Below the pieces are notes generated by a model, which did not search any database, was not told the origin of the DNA, and saw only the letters and a list, made by a program, of their open reading frames with translations. A stretch of 64,000 bases of DNA, from positions 8,945 to 72,944 of the forward strand of contig JAGBBO010000006.1 in NCBI GenBank assembly GCA_017938435.1. Reading direction: 5' to 3'. Position 1 is the stretch's first letter, and every line of letters starts with the position of its first letter. Below, piece after piece: positions 47,170 to 56,080 of the stretch. Position numbers and translations under genes: made by a program. This DNA is from Alphaproteobacteria bacterium (GTDB lineage Bacteria; Pseudomonadota; Alphaproteobacteria; Rs-D84; CACZYB01).

Positions 47170-48285
47170 TTATTTAATATTCCATTTAAAAGCACCATCT
47201 TCCTTTAGAATAACGCGTGAACCGTTTATTCCAGAGTCAGTTACTTGCTTTTGAACTTTTTCGGCTTCTTCTTTACTTGTAAATTCGCCAAGACGAACCT
47301 TGTAAAGTGTTTCACCATTTACAACAGATTTGAAAATCTTTACTGTTCCAAATGTTGTAAGTTTATCTTTTAAAGCTTCTGCTTTTTCATATGTTGAATA
47401 TGCAGCAACTTGAACAAAATAATCACTGTTGTGTGCAGAAACAGGTGCAGGTGCTGGTGCTGGCTCTACTGGAGCTGGAGCAGGAGCAGGTGCTGGTGCT
47501 GATTCAGCAACAGGTGCAGGTTCTTGAACCTTTGGTTGTTCAGGTTGAATTTCAGCAGATGAGTAAGTGATATTTGGTTCATAAATATCAGTATTTTGTG
47601 AAGCAATTGCAAGTTCCTTTAAATTCTTACTTTCTTCTGGTAAGATTTCAACACGAACACGAGCTGTGCCTTTTTCTTTAATTCTTAATACTTCAGCAGC
47701 AGCAGATGAAAGGTCAATAATTCTATCCCTTGCATATGGACCACGATCATTTACCTTTAATGTTATACCGATACCATTTTCCAAATTTGTTACACGAACA
47801 AGTGATGGCATAGGAAGTGTTCTGTGTGCAGCAGTAAATTTTGTTTCATCAAAAATTTCACCATTTGCTGTTTTACCACCTGAAAATGATGGACCATACC
47901 ATGATGCCATACCTATTTCACTGTAGTTATAATCTTCGTGTGGGTAATATGAAACACCATCAATTAAATATGGATTTCCAATTTTATATGTTCCCATAGC
48001 AGCAAAATTTGTTTTTGCAACATCACTTGGAGTATTATCAACAACTTGTGGTTGGATTTCAGGAACTGGCTCTGCCATAACAGGAGCCTGTGTTTCCATA
48101 GCACTAACTTCATCAATAATAGATGGTTGATTCATACTTTGAATTTTTGATGGTCCCATTCCACCATTTAAAAGTGCTGTAGAAGTAATAGGTGCAGTTG
48201 TAGAACCTATTGGAACAATATTTTCAGTCATTGCGCAAGATGCCAATAATGCTGATAAAGTTAAAATAGATGTATATTTTCTCAT
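47170..48285 (-). CDS. rlpA: Septal ring lytic transglycosylase RlpA (DPBB domain + Pro/Ala linker + C-terminal SPOR domain), lipoprotein
   Basis: Lipobox LLASCA. DPBB motifs (...GMASWYGPSFSGGKTANGE...TAAHRTLPMPS...). (PA)n linker. SPOR-like C-terminus (YFVQVAAYSTYEKAEALKDKL...). Confidence 0.8.
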   Translation of the reverse strand: MRKYTSILTLSALLASCAMTENIVPIGSTTAPITSTALLNGGMGPSKIQSMNQPSIIDEVSAMETQAPVMAEPVPEIQPQVVDNTPSDVAKTNFAAMGTYKIGNPYLIDGVSYYPHEDYNYSEIGMASWYGPSFSGGKTANGEIFDETKFTAAHRTLPMPSLVRVTNLENGIGITLKVNDRGPYARDRIIDLSSAAAEVLRIKEKGTARVRVEILPEESKNLKELAIASQNTDIYEPNITYSSAEIQPEQPKVQEPAPVAESAPAPAPAPAPVEPAPAPAPVSAHNSDYFVQVAAYSTYEKAEALKDKLTTFGTVKIFKSVVNGETLYKVRLGEFTSKEEAEKVQKQVTDSGINGSRVILKEDGAFKWNIK

Positions 48286-48342
48286 TTTATCTTCTCCTTT
48301 TTACTTTTTCTATAATATCATATTTTTTAGATACTTACAAGT

Positions 48343-49116
48343 TTATTTTAAATATAAATACAAAAATATTCCAAGGATAATACGATAGATAGCAAATGGC
48401 TTGAATGACATCTTTTTAAGCCACAACATCATAAACTTTATAGTTGCAAGTGAAAATATAAATGAAAAAATTGTTATTTCAAAAAGTGGTAATAATTCTA
48501 TTTGCTCTGGGTTTAATGCAAATTTTAATATTCCACCACAACCAACCAAAATCATTGTGGGAATAGAAAGTAAAAATGAAAACTTTATTGCATCATATCT
48601 TTTATATCCAATAGATAAAGCACAAGTCGTGGTTATACCACTACGGCTTACACCTGGAATAATTGATAATACCTGAGCAAGTCCAATATAAAAGGCATCT
48701 TTTATAGAAAGTTTTTTTATGGAATTTTTCTTTTTTCCAAAGGTATCTGATAAATAAAAAAGCAAACCAAAAATTATACTTGTGCATGCAACAATTTTTG
48801 GATTACGAAATTCTATTTTAAAAATAAAAAACAAAAGTCCTATTATAAAAATTGGAAATGTTGCAATTATTAGTGAATAAAACATTGTTTTATCTTTTTT
48901 ACTAAAAATACTTAAAAATATTTCCTTGATATCCTGTCTATAGAAATATATCACAGCAAAAAGAGAACCAAAATGAGCAAAAATATCAGTAATTACTCCC
49001 TGATCCGAAATGTTAAATAAAAAAGGGAAAAGCATAAGATGTGCCGAAGAACTTACTGGTAAAAACTCAGTAATTCCCTGAATTAACGATAATAAAAGTA
49101 TAGTTTTTAAATCCAT
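48343..49116 (-). CDS. uppP: Undecaprenyl-diphosphatase (BacA/UppP)
   Basis: MDLKTILLLSLIQGITEFLPVSSSAHL (N-terminal UppP signature). ...PGVSRSGITT... second signature. 8 transmembrane segments. Confidence 0.85.
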   Translation of the reverse strand: MDLKTILLLSLIQGITEFLPVSSSAHLMLFPFLFNISDQGVITDIFAHFGSLFAVIYFYRQDIKEIFLSIFSKKDKTMFYSLIIATFPIFIIGLLFFIFKIEFRNPKIVACTSIIFGLLFYLSDTFGKKKNSIKKLSIKDAFYIGLAQVLSIIPGVSRSGITTTCALSIGYKRYDAIKFSFLLSIPTMILVGCGGILKFALNPEQIELLPLFEITIFSFIFSLATIKFMMLWLKKMSFKPFAIYRIILGIFLYLYLK

Positions 49117-49238
49117 TTTTACCTCTGTCGAAAAAATACTTGTCTTATTTAAGGTTTTTTGCTATAATACTGTATTATACAGTAATATTTTCTGAGATTC
49201 TATTACTATTTTATATTTTAATATTGCGGAGTTGTTAA

Positions 49239-49805
49239 ATGGCAAAAAATGAATGGGAAATTACAGTTGGCGATTATGTGGTATATCCTACACACGGTGT
49301 TGGTCAGGTAAAGGAAATAACAGAAGAAGTTATAGCTGGTTTTAAAATTGAATTTTTGGTTATTCTGTTTGCTAAAAACAGAATGACTTTGAAAATACCT
49401 GTTGATAAAATTGAAATGTCTGGATTAAGAAAACTTTCTAGCGAGTATGAAATTAAAAAAGCTATTGATATTATGAAAACTGCTCCACAACAAAAAAGAA
49501 TTGTGTGGGCAAAGCGTGCACAAGAATACGAAGAAAAAATCAATTCTGGGGATCCTTTGGTTGTTGCAGAAGTTGTTCGCGATTTATATAAACGCGCAGA
49601 CAGGGTTGAACAATCATTTAGTGAACGACAAATTTACGAACAAGCATTGGGCCGTCTTGCCGATGAATATGCTGCAATTTTCGGACTTCCTTCTGATGAA
49701 GCAGTTGCAAAAATCGAAGGCATTATCGAAAAAGAAGATAAAAAACAACAATCAAATAAAGAAAAGGAAATTTCAAAAGTCGAAGAAGACGAAGACGATG
49801 AATAA
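49239..49805 (+). CDS. cdnL: CarD/CdnL-family transcriptional regulator (RNAP-interacting)
   Basis: N-terminal Tudor-like RID domain VGDYVVYPTHGVGQVKEI. About 160 aa plus an acidic tail. Confidence 0.8.
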   Translation: MAKNEWEITVGDYVVYPTHGVGQVKEITEEVIAGFKIEFLVILFAKNRMTLKIPVDKIEMSGLRKLSSEYEIKKAIDIMKTAPQQKRIVWAKRAQEYEEKINSGDPLVVAEVVRDLYKRADRVEQSFSERQIYEQALGRLADEYAAIFGLPSDEAVAKIEGIIEKEDKKQQSNKEKEISKVEEDEDDE

Positions 49806-49814
49806 TCTTTGTTT

Positions 49815-49852
49815 CAAAAAAAATATTCCCCATCTTTTGATGGGGATTTTTT
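49815..49852. terminator. Bidirectional terminator (attcccca-tcttttga-tggggatttttt) between convergent cdnL and the GNAT gene
   Basis: Hairpin flanked by an A9 run upstream and a T6 run downstream. Confidence 0.7.
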
Positions 49853-50402
49853 AATGTTCATTATTTATATTTGATAATTTTTTAATAAAATCTTTCATAC
49901 AAAAACCTGTTTCATTAAAAGTATATCCATTTTTATTTGCTACGCGAATTGAATTTTCATTTGTTTCGTTTATCTCTAACACAATTTCTTTGAACCCAAG
50001 TTTTGCCATTTCAGGTTCTGCTAGATTTAAAGATTTGGAAATAAATCCCATACCACGAAATTGCTTATCAATATAATAAGTAACGCCAACTGAACCATCA
50101 CCTCTGTTTGTAAAACTTATACAACCAATAGTTTTTCCGGTAAAAAGTTGTATTGCATAATCTACAAGCAAGCCCTGCTTTGCAAGTTGCTCCCTTTTTG
50201 AAATAACCCTTTTGGCACTATCAATATTTGTATAGTGTCTTAAATCTAAATAAGTAGAAAAATCTTTTTGATTTCTATTTACCATATTTACAACTTCGGC
50301 AATATGGTTATCATCTTCGGCATGGTGCATTTGTAAAAACATATCTTGGCCCATAATAAAATCGGGGAATGAATCTACTTCAAAAAAATTTTTCATTGAC
50401 AA
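49851..50402 (-). CDS. GNAT family N-acetyltransferase (RimJ/RimL-like)
   Basis: GNAT acetyl-CoA-binding motif region (...QFRGMGFISKSL...), 183 aa. Confidence 0.65.
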   Translation of the reverse strand: MSMKNFFEVDSFPDFIMGQDMFLQMHHAEDDNHIAEVVNMVNRNQKDFSTYLDLRHYTNIDSAKRVISKREQLAKQGLLVDYAIQLFTGKTIGCISFTNRGDGSVGVTYYIDKQFRGMGFISKSLNLAEPEMAKLGFKEIVLEINETNENSIRVANKNGYTFNETGFCMKDFIKKLSNINNEH

Positions 50403-50523
50403 ATCCTTTCTGTTTTGTATAAAAAGAATATAAACATAAAATTTTTATTTGTCAATAGCATTTTTCAAAAAAAATTAAAAGGGTCGTGTTTTGCACAACC
50501 CTTTGTTTATACCGGATTTATTA

Positions 50524-52911
50524 TTACTTATCGCGAAGTATTCCTCCAAGTTTAACAACTGAATTTATTGCGGAATTGAAGATTACATTGATTTCATCTT
50601 CGGTCAAAGTCTTATCTTTTTGTTCAATAGTTATATGAACAGCAACTGATTTTTTATCAGAATCAAGTTTTTCGCCCTTGTAAATATCAAAAATCACAGC
50701 GTCTTTTATATACTCTTTATTAGAGTTTTTAACTGCATTTAAAATATTTCCAGCAGGCACAGTATCATCAATAATGACTGCAAAATCACGATTGATTGGT
50801 AAGAAATCAGAAATAGTTAATTTCTTTTTGGCTGTTCCTTTTGATTTTGATTCTGGCATTAAATCAAGATTGATTTCAAACGCAACAACATTTGCATTTT
50901 TTATGCCGAACTTTTTAAGTGTAAGTGGGTGAATTTCACCAACATAACCAATAACTTTATTTGCAAAAATTATACTTGCACTTTTATATGGATTAAGCCA
51001 CGATGGCAAGTCCTTTGTTTCAAATTTTACACTAGATGCATTTACTCCGAATACTGAAAGAACTGCAAATACATCATTTTTTACATCATAAAATGATGGA
51101 AGTTTTGCCGAATTTGCCCAATCTTTTACACCAGACAAACCTTGTCTTATACCTGCAACACTGGTATTTTGTTCGGTTGGTTTATTGCCATAAAATACTG
51201 GTCCAATTTCAAACAAGTTTGATGTCATAATTGAGCGAGAAAGATTTGCCTTTACCCCATCAAGAAGATTTGGAATTATACTTTGACGCATAACATTCAA
51301 ATCAGATGCAATAGGGTTAATAATTTTTATACTTTCCTTTACATCAAATTCTTTTTTATCACTCATAAATGACCAAGTATAAACTTCGGTAAGGCCACGA
51401 GAAGCAAGTGTGCGTGGAAGTTTTGTTTTGTGAATGATTTTTGTATCGACAACTTTTTCATCACCTTCTGGTTTTACGGAAACAGCAGGAAGTTTTTCAA
51501 AACCATATACACGAACAAGTTCTTCGGTAATATCTGCTTTACCTTCTAAATCCTGCCTATATGATGGAGGAATGATAGATAAAATTTCACCATTATCACT
51601 AACCTTACAACCAAGGTTTGAAAGAATTGTTATCATATCAGTTTTAGGAATATCAAAACCGACACGCTTTGCAAAATATGATACTGGGAAATCTATTGTA
51701 TATTCCTTGAATTCACATTTTCCAGTTTTACAAATTTCAGATGCTTCTCCACCACAAATTTCAAGAATTTTATTTGTTGCAAATTCCATTCCCCAAACTG
51801 TGCAACATGGATCAATTCCGCGTTCAAATCTTGCTTTTGAATCGGATTCAATTTTTAGTTGTCTTGCAGTTTTTCTGATTACAACTGGATTAAAATATGC
51901 AGATTCAAGAAGCACATTTTTTGTTTCCATTGTGCAAGAGGTTGCAAGTCCACCCATTACACCAGCCAAACTTTGGATACCGTTATCATCTCGAATAACA
52001 ATATCGCCAGCATTTAGGATATAAGTATTACCGTCAAGAGCAATAAATTCTTCGCCACCCTTTGCATAATCGACAACCAATTTTCCCTTTATCTTATCAG
52101 CATCAAAAACATGAAGTGGACGATTTAAACTATGCAAACAATAATTTGTAATATCAACTAATGCAGAGATTGAATTCATTTCAACCGAAGATAAATAGTC
52201 AACAAGCCATTTTGGTGATGGGCCGTTTTTTACATCTTTGATATACCTTGTATTAAATTCGTGTGCATCAGCAGTTGCATTATTTTCAACTGTAATTGGA
52301 CTTTTGAATTTAGCCTTTACTTCATTTATTTCTGGCATTAAAAGTTCACCGAAACCACCAGCGGCTAAATCACGAGCGATACCCAAAACTCCAAGGTAGT
52401 CAGGATGATTTGGCAAAACATTACCATCATAAATAACATCAAGATTGTATATTTTTGAAAGTGCAGAAATGGCACTATCCCCAGCCTTTACATCACTTGG
52501 CAATTCAATAATACCATCGTGATTATCGCCAAGTCCAAGTTCCTTTTCTGAACACATCATACCGTTTGACTCGCGACCACGAACCATTCCTTTTTTAAGT
52601 TTTGTTCCATCAAGAGGAATAATATTTCCTGGGCGTGCAAGAATACCCTTTAAACCCTTTCTTGCATTTGGTGCACCACAAACAACATTCAAAATTTCAG
52701 TTCCAATATTTACTTTTAAAAGATGAAGATGATCGCTGTCTGGATGATTTTCACATTCAACAATTTCACCAACGATAAAGTCAGCAAGCGGAGCCTTCAT
52801 ATCCTTTACATCTTCTATTTCCAAACCAAGCATAGTTAGTTTGTTTGCAATTTCATCAGGAGTAAGTTCTGTTTTTAAATATTTTTTTAATTGATTATAT
52901 GTGAATAACAT
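50524..52911 (-). CDS. pheT: Phenylalanine--tRNA ligase beta subunit
   Basis: 795 aa. tRNA-binding N-terminal domain, B3/B4, and a C-terminal FDX-ACB domain. Immediately downstream of pheS. Confidence 0.9.
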   Translation of the reverse strand: MLFTYNQLKKYLKTELTPDEIANKLTMLGLEIEDVKDMKAPLADFIVGEIVECENHPDSDHLHLLKVNIGTEILNVVCGAPNARKGLKGILARPGNIIPLDGTKLKKGMVRGRESNGMMCSEKELGLGDNHDGIIELPSDVKAGDSAISALSKIYNLDVIYDGNVLPNHPDYLGVLGIARDLAAGGFGELLMPEINEVKAKFKSPITVENNATADAHEFNTRYIKDVKNGPSPKWLVDYLSSVEMNSISALVDITNYCLHSLNRPLHVFDADKIKGKLVVDYAKGGEEFIALDGNTYILNAGDIVIRDDNGIQSLAGVMGGLATSCTMETKNVLLESAYFNPVVIRKTARQLKIESDSKARFERGIDPCCTVWGMEFATNKILEICGGEASEICKTGKCEFKEYTIDFPVSYFAKRVGFDIPKTDMITILSNLGCKVSDNGEILSIIPPSYRQDLEGKADITEELVRVYGFEKLPAVSVKPEGDEKVVDTKIIHKTKLPRTLASRGLTEVYTWSFMSDKKEFDVKESIKIINPIASDLNVMRQSIIPNLLDGVKANLSRSIMTSNLFEIGPVFYGNKPTEQNTSVAGIRQGLSGVKDWANSAKLPSFYDVKNDVFAVLSVFGVNASSVKFETKDLPSWLNPYKSASIIFANKVIGYVGEIHPLTLKKFGIKNANVVAFEINLDLMPESKSKGTAKKKLTISDFLPINRDFAVIIDDTVPAGNILNAVKNSNKEYIKDAVIFDIYKGEKLDSDKKSVAVHITIEQKDKTLTEDEINVIFNSAINSVVKLGGILRDK

Positions 52912-52923
52912 TTTTAATTCTCC

Positions 52924-53985
52924 TTATTTCTTACTTAAATCTGTAATCATATTTGGTATATCATCAGCTTCGAAACCATAATGTGAAAGCCAGCGAGTAT
53001 CAGTTTCAAAACATTTTCTCATATCTGGAATACCGTATTTTAACATAGTCAATCTTTCGATACCCATACCGAATGCGAATCCTTGGTATTCATCAGGATC
53101 AACACCAACAGCCTTTAACACATTTGGATGAACCATACCACAACCCAAAATTTCAAGCCAACGATTACCGTTTGCACCAATCTTTAATTCACCGTTTTGT
53201 AAACTACAACGAATATCCATTTCCGCAGATGGTTCGGTAAATGGGAAATAGCTTGGTCTGAATTGTGTTGGAACATCATCTACTTCGAAAAATGCTTTTA
53301 AAAAGTCAATCAAACAACCTTTAAGATGACTCATATTGATATTTTTATCGACATACAAACCTTCGATTTGGTGGAACATAGGTGTATGAGTTGCATCCCA
53401 ATCACTTCTGTAAACACGACCCATTGTAATAACCTTAACAGGCACACCGGTTCTTTCCATTTCACGAATTTGAACAGATGAAGTTTGTGTTCTTAATAAA
53501 TTTCCGCCTTCGACAAAGAATGTATCTTGCATTGAACGAGCAGGATGAAATGGAGGAACATTAAGTGCAGTAAAATTATGAAAATCATCTTCTATATCAG
53601 GATCATTGGCAGATACCAAACGAAAACCAAGTGAACCAAAAATTTGCAATAATTCTTCACGAACTTGTGTAAGTGGGTGGATATGCCCCTTGCTATCTTC
53701 TGCTTTATTCAAAGAGACATCAATTTTATCACTTTCCAATTTTTTATTTATTTCAGAAAGTTCAAGGATTGATTTTTTTGTATCCATAGCAGAAATTATT
53801 TCTGTTTTAATTTGGTTAAGTTCAGCACCCCTAACCTTTCGTTCATCAGGTGTCATTTTTCCAAGTTCACGAAGGGCAAGCGATAAAGAACCAGATTTTC
53901 CCAAAACCTCGACATTCAAACTTTCCAATTCAGATGTAGAAGTTGCCTTTTCAATTTTTTCTAATATTTCATTTTTATCTATCAT
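52924..53985 (-). CDS. pheS: Phenylalanine--tRNA ligase alpha subunit
   Basis: Class II aaRS motifs (...FHPARSMQDTFF..., ...RSDWDATHTPMFHQIEG..., ...GFAFGMGIERLTMLKYGI...). Confidence 0.9.
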   Translation of the reverse strand: MIDKNEILEKIEKATSTSELESLNVEVLGKSGSLSLALRELGKMTPDERKVRGAELNQIKTEIISAMDTKKSILELSEINKKLESDKIDVSLNKAEDSKGHIHPLTQVREELLQIFGSLGFRLVSANDPDIEDDFHNFTALNVPPFHPARSMQDTFFVEGGNLLRTQTSSVQIREMERTGVPVKVITMGRVYRSDWDATHTPMFHQIEGLYVDKNINMSHLKGCLIDFLKAFFEVDDVPTQFRPSYFPFTEPSAEMDIRCSLQNGELKIGANGNRWLEILGCGMVHPNVLKAVGVDPDEYQGFAFGMGIERLTMLKYGIPDMRKCFETDTRWLSHYGFEADDIPNMITDLSKK

Positions 53986-55117
53986 TTGTATTATCCAATA
54001 TTATATTATTGTTATTATTTTGTTTGTTTAAAATCTTATCAGAAGCATTTTCAAATTCCAATGTTTTTATTATATTTTCAGAATTTATTATACTACATTT
54101 TCTACCACAAATTTCTTTTTCTAATCCTGTTTTTATTGCAATATCAAAGAATTTTTCAGGTGTAATTTCTGGAAACGAGTTTTTTGCAACAGCATAAATA
54201 CCAGCAAGATATGGAACAGCCCAACTCATACCTCCATCACTATAATATGTATAATCTTCATTTCCTATTGGAGATGCCACAGTTACCCTATCTTGTGGAA
54301 CAATAAGTGTATTTTTTGTATCAGAATTTTTATTGTTCGAAGATAAATTTCTTTTTTGAATAAAAAGTGGTTCTTTGTATTCCTGTGGATTATCTAAATT
54401 ATTGTTGATATTTCTATCCCCACCTATAAAGCTAAAGTTATGAGTTTTTTCAAGAGATGTCGTAATAACAAAAATATCCGATTCTTGTGCCTTTTGCATT
54501 ATATCTAACAATCTTTTTTCTTGTTCTTTATTTTCCGTTGGAATAGCATAGGAAATTGAAAGCGTATGAATTTTATTTTCTGGATGTTCTTCATTATATT
54601 TAATAACTCTATCTATCGCATTTATATAATTGTCAGTATTTGTATCAGAAACGCAAAAATATACAAGTTTTGCATCTGGTGCGACACCAATATTTTTACC
54701 ACATAAAATAGAAGAAACAGCAATACCGTGTTGCGATGCCTCATTTGACCAAGATTTATGCTCATCAACCTCTTCATAATGGATAAGTTTGTCTTTTATT
54801 TCATTATGTGTAGTAAGTAATGGTTGATCAATAATTGCAACGGTTGCACCTTTACCAGTATATCCCTTTTTATGCAAAGCATTTATTCCAAGACCTCGAT
54901 TTTTTGCAACTTCTAATCTTTCAGTAAATTTAGAAGCAATAGAAGATAGAAATTTTGTTTTTGAATTAAATAAAAATTGTTCTAAAAATTCGGATGAAAG
55001 TAATTTATCCCAATCATAATTATTTTGCGAAATGTCAAGGCTACGAAAATCATATGCACTACTTCTTTCTGAAAGAGGCTTTACATAATTTAAAGGTTGT
55101 ATTTTTGTATCTATCAT
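53975..55117 (-). CDS. Subtilisin-like (S8) serine peptidase homolog, no signal peptide
   Basis: Catalytic-triad-like motifs in S8 order: Asp (GATVAIIDQP), His (HGIAVSSI), Ser (GGMSWAVPYLAG). Inserted between rplT and pheS, overlapping the pheS start by 11 nt. Confidence 0.55.
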   Translation of the reverse strand: MIDTKIQPLNYVKPLSERSSAYDFRSLDISQNNYDWDKLLSSEFLEQFLFNSKTKFLSSIASKFTERLEVAKNRGLGINALHKKGYTGKGATVAIIDQPLLTTHNEIKDKLIHYEEVDEHKSWSNEASQHGIAVSSILCGKNIGVAPDAKLVYFCVSDTNTDNYINAIDRVIKYNEEHPENKIHTLSISYAIPTENKEQEKRLLDIMQKAQESDIFVITTSLEKTHNFSFIGGDRNINNNLDNPQEYKEPLFIQKRNLSSNNKNSDTKNTLIVPQDRVTVASPIGNEDYTYYSDGGMSWAVPYLAGIYAVAKNSFPEITPEKFFDIAIKTGLEKEICGRKCSIINSENIIKTLEFENASDKILNKQNNNNNIILDNTNDR

Positions 55118-55135
55118 TTGTATTCCTTACATTTC

Positions 55136-55170
55136 TAAAAAAATAAAAGAGCTTGTTTCCAAGCCCTCTT
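55136..55170 (-). terminator. Rho-independent terminator after rplT (aagagggcttg-GAAA-caagctctttt + ttttattttttt on the minus strand)
   Basis: 11-bp stem with a GNRA tetraloop and T-run, about 20 nt upstream of the S8 peptidase start codon. Confidence 0.7.
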
Positions 55171-55213
55171 ATTATAATACTTTTTCAATGAATATGCAAA
55201 CCATATCCGAGGG

Positions 55214-55579
55214 CTATTTAGCTTCTCCGATAAATCGTTTTGCATTTTCAACAACAACCTTGAATGCATCAGCATCACGAACAGCCATATCAGCCAATAC
55301 TTTTCTATCAAGAGTGATGTTTGCCTTTGTCAAAGCATTTATGAATTCTGAATATGTAATTCCGTATGCACGAACAGCAGCATTGATACGAGCAATCCAC
55401 AAAGATCTGAAATTAGATTTGTTTTTCTTTCTATCACGGTATGCATATTGCAAACCTTTTTCAACGCGTTCATGTGCAATACGATAGCAAGAAGAGCTAC
55501 GACCACGGTATCCCTTTGCCATTGATAATATTTTTTTATGTCTTTGTCTTTTTGTAAGACCTCTTTTTACACGTGCCAT
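55214..55579 (-). CDS. rplT: 50S ribosomal protein L20
   Basis: [18 protein letters not shown]...AYRDRK... is the canonical L20 sequence. Confidence 0.9.
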   Translation of the reverse strand: MARVKRGLTKRQRHKKILSMAKGYRGRSSSCYRIAHERVEKGLQYAYRDRKKNKSNFRSLWIARINAAVRAYGITYSEFINALTKANITLDRKVLADMAVRDADAFKVVVENAKRFIGEAK

Positions 55580-55593
55580 TTTTTAAACTCCTA

Positions 55594-55797
55594 TTATTTC
55601 ATACCATAAGGCATTGATCTTGCTACTATTTTTTTGTCGCTTCCTTCAAGGTATTGACCATGAATTGCTTCTGTTAATGATCTTGAAGATTTTCTTCTCA
55701 TAAAGTGATTATGTCCAGCGCGACTTGTTTTAACTTTACCACTAGCGGTCAAGCGAAAACGAAGTTTAAAAGCACTTCTTGTTTTTAATTTTGGCAT
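55594..55797 (-). CDS. rpmI: 50S ribosomal protein L35
   Basis: [14 protein letters not shown]...[10 protein letters not shown]... is canonical L35. Confidence 0.85.
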   Translation of the reverse strand: MPKLKTRSAFKLRFRLTASGKVKTSRAGHNHFMRRKSSRSLTEAIHGQYLEGSDKKIVARSMPYGMK

Positions 55798-56044
55798 TTT
55801 AACTCCTTTTAATTTAGGTTAAACAAACAGCAGACAGGCAGCCAATTTCAAGCCCGTTCTACCAAAGATAGCAAGATTTATACATCTTTTTCCCGTGTTT
55901 GTCAAGCATTTTTCTGACTTTTATATCATAGGTTCTAAAAGTAATCCAAAAAATTCAAACAAGCGTTTGATTGATTTTTATTTAAGGCAAAAACAGTGAA
56001 AATTTTTCAAACTTTTTATCATTATTAAAAAAATCCCACTACTA

Positions 56045-56075
56045 CTATAAAAAATCCCCAGCCGAAACTGGGGAA
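56045..56075 (-). terminator. Rho-independent terminator for the 457-aa gene (tcccca-gtttcggc-tgggga + T-run on the minus strand)
   Basis: Hairpin immediately after the stop codon. Confidence 0.7.
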
Positions 56076-56080
56076 TTCAT

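Noticed and set aside
55136-55213. Possible sigma-70 promoter (TTGCAT-17-TATAAT) between the rplT stop and the terminator hairpin, driving the S8 peptidase and pheST
   Set aside because: The hexamers are plausible, but the predicted start site would fall inside the terminator hairpin. It cannot be distinguished from chance AT-rich matches without transcript data.
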